DNA from: Camelus dromedarius
Lineage: Eukaryota
Assembly: GCF_036321535.1 (NCBI RefSeq)
Contig: NC_087436.1
Location: 79,796,001-79,860,000, forward strand
Length of the DNA: 64,000 bases
Reading direction: 5' to 3'
Shown here: one piece after another, positions 38,031 through 51,379 of the stretch
Layout: each line of letters starts with the position of its first letter
How positions within the stretch are numbered: the first letter of the stretch is position 1
The notes under the pieces: model-generated
The model's database searches: none
What the model was told of the DNA's origin: nothing
What the model saw: the letters and a program-made list of their open reading frames with translations, nothing else
Made by a program: the position numbers and the translations under genes

Positions 38031-39104
38031 CTACTGGTACCTAGATTTCCTAGTTTCAGCTCTAGCAGATGGAACATATTTTTCAAAGAAGCACAAATTT
38101 TAGTTACCTATAAGAATTCATCTTTCCACAACCCCCTTTTTTTTTTTTATTTTTTGCTTTAGGTCCCTTGTCTGAACCTTGCTGTCCAAAAGTAAAGCTA
38201 GAAGACTTTGTAGTACAAGGAAGCCAAAGTAAGAAAACAGGTTGGGGACACATGCTCAGACCTGTTTCACAGTGCCACCTTGAAACAATTTAGCACTGGC
38301 TCTGGTTTCCTGTGTTCTGTTGGGTCAAAGAAAACAGGCATCTTCAACTTCAGAGAGATGTGCTGAATGGAGCAGTGTAGATTTAAACTCTAAACTCTCA
38401 AACAAATTTTATGGTCCTGATTCTAGTCTGACATTCCCAGAAGTCATCTTTTTTGGTGGGCACCCCAGAGGATTTTTCTGCTTTTTGTTAGTCCCCAAAC
38501 ACTTTTGGGGAATGCATAATGATTACTCCCCCTCTATCAGCTGGGCAGATATTAATGCATAAAAGTGCTCCCGTATCTTTAACATGGAATCAGTGGTATT
38601 TTTAGTCAGAGCAGTTGTTGGAAATTTGGTTCAGTTTGCTTCTCAGGAATTTAGCTAGGAATTTTTTTATTTGTTTCGCCTCTCTTCCACATGAGAATGT
38701 ATCTTTTCTTCTATTATAGGGAATAGAGTGGTGTTTGTGCATTCCAGGGTACTCTTTTTCAAATGAGCTGATTAGGATGATTTCTAATCGAAATAAATAA
38801 AATATTTCATTGGATCCTGGGAACAACAGCCTGCTTATACTCAGATTGTATTCATGCTGTGGGAGGAAAAGAACCACTGAGATTATTTAAAGTTTTACTG
38901 TTGCTGCCAGGGTGGGTGGGAAGAGAACGGCTTTGAGTGAGGAGACGTCTTTCTTCAAATGCTGTATCTCTGGGGCCTGGCGAGGTCGGGGGGATTCCTT
39001 TCTTCAAACAGTGAATATTTTGCAGCCACCCTATGGTCTACCAGATGTTCCCCAGCTCCTCCTGGCCACTGTAGGGCACAGTGTCTGCTGCTCTTAGAGG
39101 TCTA

Positions 39105-39260
39105 GCGGGGAGCTCTCTGCAGGATTAGAATATGGTGCTAATGAGGCCTGGGCCACAAGCTTGATCCAGGTGTGAGCCAGTCATCTTTGCACAGAGAACG
39201 GCTTTGTCCTTTAGCCTCAGTTTGCACTCAGCCCCTGCCAGCCAGTCTACAAATGAATCA
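39105..39260 (+). mobile_element. MamSINE1-like ancient tRNA-derived SINE
   Basis: 'ttagaatatggtgctaatgaggcc..cttgatcc..tgagccagt..ctttgcacagagaa' resembles a decayed tRNA-Ile-like head followed by the MamSINE1 body. Confidence 0.65.
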
Positions 39261-39759
39261 AAAAGGGAACGAGGTGAGTGAGTGTATGTTGACAAATGAG
39301 GGGTGCTTTTTCTGTGGGAAAATCAAAGCACAGAGCTTACTCCACCCAAGGTGGGATGAGCAGCGTCTTTATAAGTGTGGACCAGTGGGTGGCAAGCACT
39401 CCAAGTCAAAATCTGAAGCTACACAAAAATATCTGCTATGGACGTAAATCCCAAGAGACATAGTTTTTATACCGAGGCTTCCAGGAGAAAAATGAGATTA
39501 ATTTAATTGAACTATACTTATTAAGTGGCTAATATGACCAGCCCCTCTTCAGGTTGCTGAGTGGGGCAATCAGATGGGTCTCTACCCTCAAAGAACTCAA
39601 TGCTGGTAGGAAGCAGAAATGAAGGAAGTATACAGAAAACATAAGGTGAGTTGTGAAAGGTACAAACAGAATGGCCTGGGGATTCTGGGAAGGAGAGAGC
39701 ACGAAGACAGAATTCACCCTTGGTCTACCCAATACTCATTCACCTCTTTTTTCTTCCTA

Positions 39760-40100
39760 ACAAATCTTGATTTTGCTTACTGTCCACTTTCTCCACATGA
39801 TCATGGGTTCCAGGGGAACTGGCCTCCTGTCTAGCCCCAGAGGATTTAAGGTGGTTAGCTTAAGCCATGCATGGTAATCCCATTATTCTTTCCTGTGCAG
39901 AGTTCAGGAATGGTTATGCCCCAACTCTGGCTAATAATGATTGTGGGAGAGGACTCTGGGAACCATATCCTTTCCCTCTAGCAAGAGAGGGAATAGATGC
40001 CTTTTGTTCCTTTGCATGTTGCCATGACTGGATGTGACGTTTGGTACTGCTGTAGCCATCTCAACACCAGTCTGAGGAAAAAGCTAACACATGGAGGAGT
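39760..40100 (+). mobile_element. Old MaLR LTR (MLT1K/L-like)
   Basis: 'taagccatgcatggtaatcccat..gttcaggaatgg' and 'ggatgtgacgtttggtactgctgtagccatct'. Confidence 0.65.
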
Positions 40101-41154
40101 TCAGAGTAAGAGAAATTCAACAAGTTTTCTGTTACTTGAAGGTGAACTTCATACAAATTGCATTTGCTTCAGTGAATTTTATGAGAAAGCCAACATCCAA
40201 AATGAGCATTGAAGGAAGGATGCAATTTTGATCAATAGAGTAAAACGAGAAAAATATTTTAGGTAACAGGGTGGTGATAGTCATGTGGGAATAATTTAGG
40301 TTAAGGAAAATAATCAAGAAGAAAGGCCCAGAAATTTGAAAGCTTAAAATATGTTCATCCAGATTGGAATTTGATATTTTCATACCTGTTTCACATCATT
40401 CTATGAGGGATATAGACCATTTATAAAAGAAATATTGTTAAAAATAATTTTTATAAGGAAAATAATGGGGAGATAAAATATATATATTATAATAAAAGTT
40501 CAATACCAACACAAAGAAACTGACAAGAAGGGAAATAGACACAGACAAGAAAATTCTAAAATCCTACACAGTCACTAGATTTGAATATGACTTTTAAATT
40601 TCTGGTGACCAATATGAAAAGGGAAACTGGTTAATTGCTTAGGTCTCATTTCACATTTGGAGAAAACATGCCAGTTCCTCTAGAGAATTTATTTATGTGT
40701 ATATTTATATGGGGAACAATGGAAGAGGTCAAGGGTGATGTGCCCATCAAATTCTCTACAGTGAATTCATCGTTGGTTCCAACACACTTTTCAACTAAGC
40801 AAATCAAAGTATGTAAAATGCTTGGTGGAATCTTGGGAAAAAACACAAAAGATAAATTGAGCCATATCGTGGAGCAATTTGAATAACAGGGAAAGAAAGA
40901 GACTTTGGAAATCATTTCATAGTCAATGGGAAAATGCAGGGTTTGAGAATTAAATGAAAATGATCATAGCTGATCTTCTGTAGAGTTTAACCTATTAATG
41001 TGAGTGGCATCAGAAGAATCTAGCCATGAAATACAGAGAGGAAGGAAAACAAACAAATATAATTTTGAGTATGTACTTATTAGATGGTAGGAATTATTTA
41101 TGTTGGCTTAAATAAGTATGAATCTAATTTAGAAAAATCTATTGATGATCATAA

Positions 41155-42453
41155 GAGTTTTCTCCTTTATTTTGTGAATCTGGTGAATTATGTTTATTGA
41201 TTTTCAAATGTTAAATCATCCTTTCATTCCTGCAAGGAACTCAATTTGATCATAATGTATAATCTTTTAAAAAATATCACTTAGATTCAATTTGTTAGTA
41301 TTTCTTTAGGATCTACGTTTATGAGAGCGATTGTCTTGTACTTTATTTATAATGTCCTTGATATCTTTTAATGTTAGGTTTATAATGGCCTCATAAAATG
41401 AATTGCAGAGTGTTTTCATTTTGTTATTCTTTGGAGGAGTTTAAGATTGGTGCTAATTTCTTCCTTAAATGGTAAGAAGAGTTCACTACTAGCCATTTGA
41501 GCCTGAAGATTTCTTTGGGGGAAGGTTTAAAATTTGAAATTTGTATTCTAAGGGAGATTGCACAGGTCAAAGAGGAAAAATGCATGATTTTTTTTCTTCT
41601 TGTGATTTTATTTTTCTTCTTGTGTCAGTTTTGGTGAGACGTGTTTTTTTTTAGGATTTTATCCATTTAATCTGAATTATTGAATGTTAGCATACCCTTT
41701 ACTTTCTGTAGAAAGTAAATCCCTTTTTTCATATTTGATACTGATAATTTTTACTTTTTTTCTTGATCAATCTTTCCTAGATTTATCAATTTTGTCTTTC
41801 ATTGGTTTATTTTTAAAAGACTAATTTTTAGCTTGTTGATTTTCTCTATTGCATGTATGTTTTTATTTAGTTAACTTCTGCTGTTGTCTCTATTAATTTC
41901 ATCCTTTTTACCTCCTTCATACAAAATTTGCTGCTCTTTTAACTTTTTGAGATTGATATTTAGATCATTAAGTTTCAACTTTTCTAGTAAATGTAAATAA
42001 GGCTACAAGTTGTCCTCTATACACTGTTGTAGCTAAAGCCCACACGTTTCAGTATATTATATATTTTTGTAAGTCAAAAATACTTTCTAATTTCCACTGA
42101 AATTTCTTCCTTGACCTTTCAGTTTCTTATATGTGCTCAGTTTAATTTCCAAACATTTGGGTTTTTAAAAGTTATTCTTTTATTAATGATTTCTACTTTA
42201 AATAATTCTTCTGTTGTGTTAAACAGGATATATTCAAATGATTAAGATTCTTTGGGATGTTTTGAAGTCTACTTTATAGCTAACCATTTGGTAAAATTTG
42301 GTAAAAATATTCTGTGTGAGTTTGGAAAGGGATGTGTCAGTTGCATCCGTTGGATGTGGTACTGTCATGTCAATTAGTTCAGGTTTGTTAATCTTGTCCA
42401 ATTCTATATCCTTACTGTTTTTTTTTTTTTGTCTGCTTATTCTATTGGTTACC
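41155..42453 (-). mobile_element. L1M ORF2 region (endonuclease to RT), decayed
   Basis: The minus-strand ORF at 42234-42455 (TNRISRQK..KDIEL..INKPELID..HPT) resembles L1 ORF2p. The left end matches antisense 'gattatacat..gatcaa..tgcaggaatgaaagg' RT-region DNA. Confidence 0.85.
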
Positions 42454-43964
42454 AATATAATTATGTAACATGTAATTATATATAAATATATTAATTACTA
42501 TGATATTTTATATATGACATATGTAGTATGATTATATTATGTATTATTAATGTTTAGCTATAATATTATTTGATTGCAATTACATTTCTTAGAATAAACC
42601 TGAAAGCAAACAGGTGGAAAGATTAAGTTGATGTCATCATGCATCCTTCCTCTTTGACCTGTGCAATCTCCCTTAGAATATAAATTTCAAGCAAATTTCT
42701 AGTGAGGCTACAGTTATCTTCTCCAGTAGAATAAGGTTTATTGGGAACTCCAGCCTAGATATCAACCACATGTGATTTTGCAGGCAATAATCAGAAACAT
42801 TTGTGGTTTCTGAAGTGACTGGTTCCCTCGTATGGTGATAAAAAATCATGGAGAAGACTCATGCTTTTGGGTAGGCAGCAGAAAAGCATGACATGGCAGG
42901 GAGGAGAAAGCTCTTAAGTTTTCAGATGTGAATGGGATTCAAGGAATGGTTTTGGTTCTGGCAGCGATCTCTCTTCCCCCCTTTCCTGTAACACAGCCTC
43001 TCTCTGACAAGGATTTGGGCTCTATTACTATGCATTTACGCCCATGGAGGAAAGAGTCTGAACTCAGTTGACTTTTAAAATGCTGTGTTTATTTATTTAT
43101 TTTTTTTAAAAAAGGAAGAAACACAATAGGTTCCTTTTCAGTCAGCTTCAGGCCCCCTGTCACATGAACTAGCTCTCCATCAGTGGCCAGTAGGGAGCCA
43201 AAACTCACATGGAGGAGTAAGCAATAAAATAAACGCATTTTCAAGATTTCTTTTCCCTGCTACCCTGGGTGGTTTTTGCTGAATAGATTGCATTTATTAT
43301 GAAGGTGTGATTGCACACGTTACCTTTGCTTACATTGAGCACTTGGCAGAGAGAAAACTCGTTATGCATTCTGAACCACAGAGAGATGTTAGCATATCAC
43401 TAATATGCATAGGTGCAGGTATCTGTCCGTTGTTCTATAATGCCATTTCATTTATGTACTGCTGGTACTTGACAAATGTAAGAGACTCCATCCCCAGCTA
43501 GAGAGATTCCTAAATAAAACTAGCAAATTATTGCAGAAGTAGCCAGGCGGAGCGAAGGGTGCAGGTTCTCGTAGCTCTCTAATGAGGCCAGTTCTGGAGT
43601 TTCATTTCAAATGTCTCTTCATGTGGACTAACTTCACTTATTCTTTTCTTCTCTCACTGACAGCAAATATGCCTGTTTTCACTTTTCTTTTTTTTTTCCT
43701 CCCTTAATTCTGCTTAATCTGAAAATGCAGTTTGCTGCTGTTTTGGTTCCATCAGCTTGAAAACATCCTCAAGGAAATGAAACCTCATGGGATGTGGGAC
43801 CAAGCTGCTTGCACACATTTCTTTGTATACAGATGGACCACCCCGAGTGGGGATGGCCTGTGATGAGACTCAGTGTGCCTAACTGCCAGGAAGAAGTGGG
43901 ACATATGGAGTCATACTTGAATATCCGTAATTTATCATGTCACTACCCTACTTCTAACCATCTT

Positions 43965-44430
43965 GAACAGGAAAGACTCAACTTCTTAGGATGGCATGTA
44001 GAGCATTCAAGGCCCCCACCCATCTCTGTAGCTATAATCCTGTACTTTCACGTTAGCCATATAAAATTTCTTGCTACTTTCCAAAGCACTTGTGTTACTC
44101 TGTCCTGTTTCCCTCCTTTTTGCCTTCACACATTTCCTCCTCAGTCTGGAACATATATCCTCTCCTTCTCTGCTTGGTGACTTCTTCCCAAGAATTTGCT
44201 CTTCTGTGAAATCTTTCATGGATTCCTACATAGAGTTGCCCCCTTTCTTTTTCGTGCTTCTATTGTACCTTGATATATAATCTATTACAACATCACTTAT
44301 GTCATACAATGTTTCTAGTTTCACTAGGCTGTGGTCGCCCACAAAGGAAGAGCTGTGTTTATTGTCATTGTATGTCCAATGCCGAGCACAGAGCCTGGAA
44401 GTGATACACCCCAAGTAAATATATATTGTG
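43965..44430 (+). mobile_element. L2 3' portion
   Basis: 'ccttcacacatt..cagtctggaa', 'cactagg..aaggaagagctgtgtttatt..tgccgagcacagagcctgg..gtaaatat'. Confidence 0.65.
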
Positions 44431-44724
44431 TGTGTACCCTGGAAATTTGGAAGATATTTGAGGTAGGATGGGAGAACCTGTGGGAACAGAACACATCAGA
44501 AATATTGGTTTTTGAATTTGAGATTATGAGAAAATCTATGTAATTAGAGGAATCTCTCAATATCCCTCACAAGTTACTGAATTGAAACCTGTTGCTGTCA
44601 GTTCGTCCCCCTGTTGAAGGCAAGTGGGACTGGCTCTCCTAGGAATGGTTGTAGCAATTCTATTGCTGGAGTTCCTGGGAAGAGATCACATGCCTGAAGG
44701 CTCACTAGCTCTCTGGGCTCTAAA

Positions 44725-45072
44725 ATATGTTTGATTGGCCTATCTTATGTTTAAAAAATTAATTAGTTATCAACACTCAAAAATCTGGAGATTTCACATG
44801 AGGTCTGAATTTCTTTCTTTTCTTAGAGCAAAAGGACTACAATTGTGCTACATTCACACATGGCAAAAAACAAATGAACGTGTTGTCCATGTGCCCATAG
44901 ACCCATCATTCTCATCTCACCTGTCTCTTGCATTATGTTAAATGCCACACCCCCACTGAGTTTGTGTAGAGAGTCAATCTGTGTGAACTTACAAGCATTT
45001 CTGAAGGGAACGTGTCCTTAGATTTCATCATAATTCCAAAGAGGGGCATGAACCTAAGTAGGTTAAAACTAA
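44725..45072. mobile_element. Adjacent hAT-Charlie remnants (MER102-like, then Charlie4z-like)
   Basis: 'aattagttatcaacactcaaaaatctggagatttcacat' followed by 'gatttcatcataattccaaagaggggcatgaacc..ggttaaaact'. Confidence 0.55.
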
Positions 45073-45576
45073 GTAATTTGGATAAGAACACACATAAGAG
45101 AATGCTATTGAGTCAAGAGAAGAGTCCTAACATAAAACAGATATCAGAAAGTTTTAATTGAACTAGTCATTTGTCCGTGACTCTATGGTTGGGTGGGAAA
45201 TCAAGTGGGTTTTCAGTGGTGGATAGAGTTGTTATCTTCACATGGTTAATGTAGCTAAACACACACACATACATCCTTAAAATATACCTACTAAGGAGAA
45301 AGAGCACAGCAAATATCAGAAATGCTACTCCAGTTATTTTAAATATCAAATATTTTCAGTGAGTACATTAATGAGCAATGATAACTACGATTAGGATAAT
45401 CCATATAGTAATCACAGAACTCAAATCCATTTAGATAATTATCCAAATTACAAAAGAATCTGGAATTCCGATTTTCTTGAATTTGATCTTGGTTTCAAAG
45501 AATGGTAATCTTTTGCTATTAACTGAGTACAATTTCATCCAACTCTACTGTTACTTTAATTTTTATTAAGGACAGA

Positions 45577-45580
45577 TTTT

Positions 45581-45627
<47 letters not shown>

Positions 45628-46326
45628 TATTGAGGTATAGTCAATTTACAATGTGTTAATTTCTAATGTACAGCATAGTAATCAGTTGTACATATATATT
45701 CCTTTTCATATTCTTATTCATTATAGGCTATTACAAGATATTGAATATAGTTCCCTGTACTATACAGTAGGACCTTGTTGTTTATCAATTTTATATGTAA
45801 TAATTTGTATCTGCTAATCCTGAACCCCCAATTTATTCCTCCTCATCCTCTTTCCCCACTGGTAACCATAGATTTATTTTCTTTGTCTGTGAGTCTGTCT
45901 CTGTTTTGTAAGTAAGTTCATTTGTGTCCCTTTTTAGATTCCACATAAAAGTGATAGCATATGGTATTTTTCTTTCTCTTTCTGACTACTTCACTTAGAA
46001 TGGTGATCTGCAGGGCCATCCACATTTCTGCAAATGATATTATTTTGTTCTTTTTTTTGTTGCTGAGTAGCATTCCATAACTTCTTTATCCAGTCATTTG
46101 TTGATGGACATTTAAGTTGCTTCCATGTCTTGGCTACTGTAAATACTGCTACTATGAACACTGGGGTGCATGTATCTTTTCAAATTAGATTTCCTCCAGA
46201 TATATGCCCAGGAGTGGGATTGCTGGATCATAGGGCAAATCTGTTTTCAGTTTTTTGAGTAATCTCCATACTGTTTTCCATAATGGCTGCACCAAACAAC
46301 ATTCCCACCAACAGTGGAGGAAGAGT
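45577..46326 (-). mobile_element. Relatively young L1 3' end with (TTTA)n tail
   Basis: (TTTA)n run, then 'tgaatatagttccctgtactatacagtaggaccttgttg', 'tgctactatgaacactggggtgcatgtatctttt' and 'cccaggagtgggattgctggatca'. Confidence 0.9.
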
Positions 46327-47491
46327 CTTAGTTTATTGTGCTTTATGACTGCTTTTTAGCTTAGCAGAAAAATCCTTCTTTACTCCCCATGTCTGAACAT
46401 ACTTAAGAAAGAGCATAGTGCATTATTAATTTGGAATCTGTCTGATCTGCCCAATTCTTATGTAGGTTACTTCATTCCCAGAAGACAAACTTTATTCTTT
46501 GTTTCTGAGTGTCCCACCTACTAGAGAATTTTATAAATGAATGTCTATCATTGAACTTAAACATAGTATTGATTTAGCTTGAGGTTTAGAACTCACTTTT
46601 TCTCCCTAACTATAGTAGATAAATCCTAAGTAATAGATATGAAAAGTAAATCTATTTGAAAGAAAGGATAATTCAACACTTTTCTCAGTGACTTGTCTCA
46701 TTACTGCAAAATCTTTACTGCTATAACAATCTTTTGTGTTTTATGGCAGAGATCACTCATGCCAAAGATGAAGCTCATTTTTTTAATCCATTTATAAACA
46801 CTACATGTGATACTGTCATTATGTTCCTGCATAAGTTGAAAAAAGTAAGACTACAGCTAGAAATTTCTCAAGTTAAAAAAATTCCTGAGAGAACTGAATT
46901 CAAAGAATAAAATGGAAGACGTCAACTAGTTGCTTTATAGGTAGTATTTCACTTGATTTCAAACACTTAGAGCAAATCAAAAAATCAAAAGATATTTATT
47001 GCTGGCTTGAAGTTACATAAAATAACACCATGACTTGGATATGATATTGATTGAGTTTTCCTGGAGATATATAATTTAGTTTTATGGTGAATTTGGTAAT
47101 GGAAGTTGTCAAGTGACAATAAAGCAGTCTATTAATCCCTGTTAAGTTTACTATGCTTATCTCAGAAGATAAGGCCATTATTTTATGCTTTATAGTACAT
47201 ATTCCTTGGGGATTTCTATGGAAATTATTATTATATATTCAAAAAAGTTGCTACCCTATGTAACCCTCTTCCCAATTATATTATTATTAAATTGAGGCAT
47301 ATTCTGCCACCAAAATCTGTAACAGCTCTTTTACCTTAAAATATTGACTAAAACAATGGCAAAATGGTATGCAATGGCCAGACGTGGGCTCTGCTGTCCC
47401 ATGGTGGAACACTCAGTGCCCTCCAATGGCCACTTAATGGAACTCTCGAGTATTCTATGACAATATCTGCTCTTGTTCATGAAAACCACTT

Positions 47492-47670
47492 AATATATTT
47501 CATCAATTCTAAGACTTCATCAATTATATGTCTCACTAATGTTCCATTAAGAAATAAAAATAATGCTGCCAATTAAACTGACTCACCATTGATTAGAAGA
47601 CATTTCTGATTTCAATCAGAGATTTTAAAATATGAAAAGAAGATACATGTTAGAATGACAAGAAAAAGTA
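47492..47670. mobile_element. MER104-like TcMar-Tc2 MITE
   Basis: TIR-like 'tatttcatcaattctaagac' and a decayed mate 'tgttagaatgacaagaaaa'. Internal 'tgatttca..cagagattttaaaatatgaaaa'. Confidence 0.6.
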
Positions 47671-48149
47671 TCAGCTATATTCTTCAAGCTCTCCACTCCA
47701 GAGACCTCTCGTTTCCCAACCTGAGTCATACAGTTTTGGAAAACGGTTATATAGACATGTCTATTGAAGATAACTGGTGATATGGTGTGCTTTTCAGTGT
47801 GTTAACTGTTAACATGAAAAAAATAACCTGTCAGTTATTAAAAGATCCATTTTCAGCCTAAATATTGACCAGAAAGGTGGTAACTAAAGTTAGGCTTATG
47901 TAACAGAATGTTCTGAAGAGTAAAACTTTTCTTCATCTTTCATTGGTTTAGACCTTGGTTGTTCAGAGGCTGTAGATCTCTTTTTGGGAGTCCCTATATG
48001 TCCTTGGAGCCCACGGACCCTTGCATTTAATTATATCCATATGACTGTATATGAAGCTATGTAGGCATGTTGCATCTTTAAATGATGGGAGATAATGGTA
48101 CTCAGAGTATTGCACACACACACACACACACACACTCAGAGCTCTATAT

Positions 48150-48390
48150 CTTACATCTATTTAGGGAGCCTTAGGTATGTGTCAGACATTGTACATTTTA
48201 TAGGCATTAAATCTGAATCTTATAATATTCATGGGTAAATACTAGTGAATTTATTTTACAAATAAAACCAAGGCCTAATAAAATTGCTACTTATTCAAGC
48301 TATGCAGTTAGAAATTGGTGAAGCCAAGAGTCAAACCCAGCTCTGTCATAATCCAAAGCCAGTTTTTTTTAAACCACTGTGATGCCTTTC
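48150..48390 (-). mobile_element. MIR SINE
   Basis: 'atgtgtcagacattgta..attttacaaata..gaagccaagagtcaaacccagctctgtc..tccaaagcc'. Preceded by a short (CA)n at about 48113-48136. Confidence 0.7.
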
Positions 48391-50119
48391 TCAGACACGT
48401 CACAGTTATTTTTAATATTTATTTTATTACATTGTTCTACTTATTTAGTTTTACTCAAACTTGTTCCAAAAGAGCCTTCTGGTAGTACACCTCCCCCACC
48501 CCCACCACTTTCATCCTACACCAAATTACACAGAGATGGAGGAGGGGAAAGAGACAGGAAGAGGAGATGAGTGTTTCTATGCTACCAAATGATTTTAACA
48601 AAAAAACTAGAAACCAGAAGTTTTAGATTTGATTTTTCTGCTCCTGTTTTCATTTTGGTTAATTAAGTTCTTAGGATGCTTCAGTATATCCTGCAATGAA
48701 TAATTCTTTCTAACAGTTTAGATAAGCAGATGTTCTTCCCCAATCTCTGTTCTTTTCCTCTTTTGAATCAAATAAGTGGTTTTATTTGGTAGGAAGCAGG
48801 ATGTAAGCTTAGACCTATTGCTATTGATCCTTTAGTGTTTTCCTAATGTCTTTATTTTACAGAATGGGCAATCATAGATGCAGAAATCCACCCGAGGTAC
48901 AATAGATAGTACTGGATGTGGGGGAAATGAATGCTACTAAATAATATAGTCTGTGCGATGTCAAGCTACAGAATTTGGATTTTTCCAGCCCCCCAAAGTT
49001 AATGACAATATGCTCATCCTTTTAATGGAAATATTACCAGGAGGCTCCTGTACCTAATCCATCATTCTGCAGAAGTCTTGCTGACTTATGCTTTGTGATG
49101 GGCCAGTGAGAAAAATATACAAACTCATACACCAATGTTGCAAATCAATTCTGCGGCAAAGTGGAAATAACTCTTGTACCAATAAGCAGTGAGACCTATG
49201 GGGGAAAAATCCTTTTCTGTATTTCCAACTTGCAGATAGAAAGAGAAGCCATCAATCATGCTGGAGAGCTTCCATTTCAGGGCCGTTGTTCTTAAAGACA
49301 AACCAGACGAAATCAGACAAGACCAGAATATGCAAAGGCCTTTGGATTTTTCTAGTCTTGGTGCAGGAAGGAAGCAAGAAGAGAGACACCCTCTTTTTCT
49401 GCTACATGTGAAACCTGAATCTAGCAAAGGCATATACGTAGGCTCAGTTAATTGTCAAAATGACTAATTAATCACTTCACAAATGGCTATTAATCATACA
49501 TTAATGAGATATTCTCTTTTCTCTGGCAAATACAGGCTGTGTGGAAATCCTTTCTCCTTGGTCCCCGGAGCAAGCCAAAAGCATGCAGAACTCAATTAAT
49601 CTTGGAGCAGCATTGGGTGTTTGAAACTGCTCACAGTTTGAAAAGAAGCAAATAGCAAAGACATTTAAACTGTCCATATTTCACTGTGTAAATTCAAAAG
49701 CACTTAATCATCCCCTACACATTCTTTTGTTCCCTTTCTACCTCTGTCATGTTATAACTGTGTTTCAAGCCTCCCTCAGTCCTTCCCTCAATCGTACACT
49801 GAAGCACAAACCAAAAAGAGTGAGGCTTTTAATAAATTGATTCTCAGGCATCTTGGATAAACAGACAATGAATAGAAGCAGTGTGCATGTAGATATGATG
49901 TTCTAGCAAAAAAAAAAAAATGCCTATCTACTTGCACAAATTACGAATTGAATGCCACTGCTTACTAAGCACCATGTAGGTTAGAGTTCCATTTCTGGTT
50001 CCAGATTTCCAGGTTGACCTAGAGATGAAAAGTAATAAAGTTTGACTCAGTTAAATTCACTACAAACAAAGGCCTCCTTTTTATTTTATTTTTTACAATT
50101 GAATTGCTTTAGTTTGTAT

Positions 50120-50480
50120 AACAGACATTTACTGAGTACTTACCGTGTTCCAGGTGTCAAGAATGCAAACAAGAATCAGTTTTATTTCTTCTGCTTACGG
50201 AGCTCGAGCACAGTGATAGAAGTGAACTGCTGTGTGCTTAGGGCTGTAAAGGGAGAAAGAAGAGCCAGTGTGAGGCGGGAGCACACAAAAGAGCGTGATG
50301 TGCTAGGTGACGGTAAGTGATAAAGAAAGGCTAGATATTGGCAGCCTAGGGGAGGGGGCTGAGTATACGTCGGGATTGATGTTAGAATGGAGGTTGAGGT
50401 CAGATTTGAAGGGTGTTGTATACTTTTCTCAATGATGTGGGGAATGACCAAAGTTTTTGCTCAAGGAACTGACATGATGT
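50120..50480 (-). mobile_element. L2 3' portion
   Basis: 'aacagacatttactgagtacttaccgtgttccagg' and 'tttgctcaaggaactgacatgat'. Confidence 0.65.
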
Positions 50481-50589
50481 GTGTCAGGACTTTGAGCCTA
50501 AGTCCATAACTGAAAAAACTTGTGGGTGCTGGAATGGGTCTGAGCAGATTTTGCATGTGGGAGAGACTTGAGTAATTGCCTCCATGAAG

Positions 50590-50740
50590 AATGATTACAA
50601 TGAATTTATTTCATTAATGGCCCCAATTCTTCACCCCTCCCTAGACCACACCCTGTTCACCATGAAATTTTGCAGTGTCCTCTCTCTGTGGGCAGGGCTC
50701 CTTCCTGCTAGGTTTGGCCACATGATTTATTGACATGTTG
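50590..50740 (+). mobile_element. MLT1G/H-like LTR 5' fragment
   Basis: 'aatggccccaattcttcacccctccct..ttgcagtg..ggtttggccacatga'. Confidence 0.6.
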
Positions 50741-51379
50741 TCACTTCTAGATCATTCTGAAACAAAGTTTCAACCCCAGTGGCCTCCTTCCTTTTGCACA
50801 CTCGGGCTGTGTTTGGTTATCAAAGGATGGTCAGCTGCCCAAGCTTCTGCGGGCTCCTGGGGAAAGAGGAATGTGCTCTGGGCCATCGGTACTGGATGAT
50901 GCAGAGTGGAAATACACGCTTCAAATCTAGTTCCAATTCTCCATCAGTAATGGCTGTCACTCATTTTGCTATTTTATAGTCTGAGAACAAATATATTTTG
51001 CTACCACAAAAAAAAAAATGATTTTCTTCTCAGGATCATTTAGTCTTAAGAATACTGAAGTTTATATGTTATTCCTTCCAAAATAAAAAAAAACCTTGGC
51101 CTTATTATACTAATAACAATTTGCCTGCTTCCTGAGCCTGGTTTACATTTACAAATTCTCTCACTTTAATTGAAAAATTTTCCTGTGAACCATATGAGAC
51201 AAATGTAACCAATTAAAATATTTTCTCTGATTCTTAAAAAAAAGATCAATTTGTGGCAGGGGCATGGTGGGTGGGGATTACTGGTTCATCTCTCAGCCTT
51301 TACTAATTTTTTTCCTCCCTCTCTTTTTATTTTAAATGCAAAAAAGAATACATAAAACAGACTTTCCTATATTTAAAAA

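Noticed and set aside
42455..42570. Very AT-rich quasi-palindromic tract
   Set aside because: Degenerate (TA)n low-complexity sequence at an L1 boundary.
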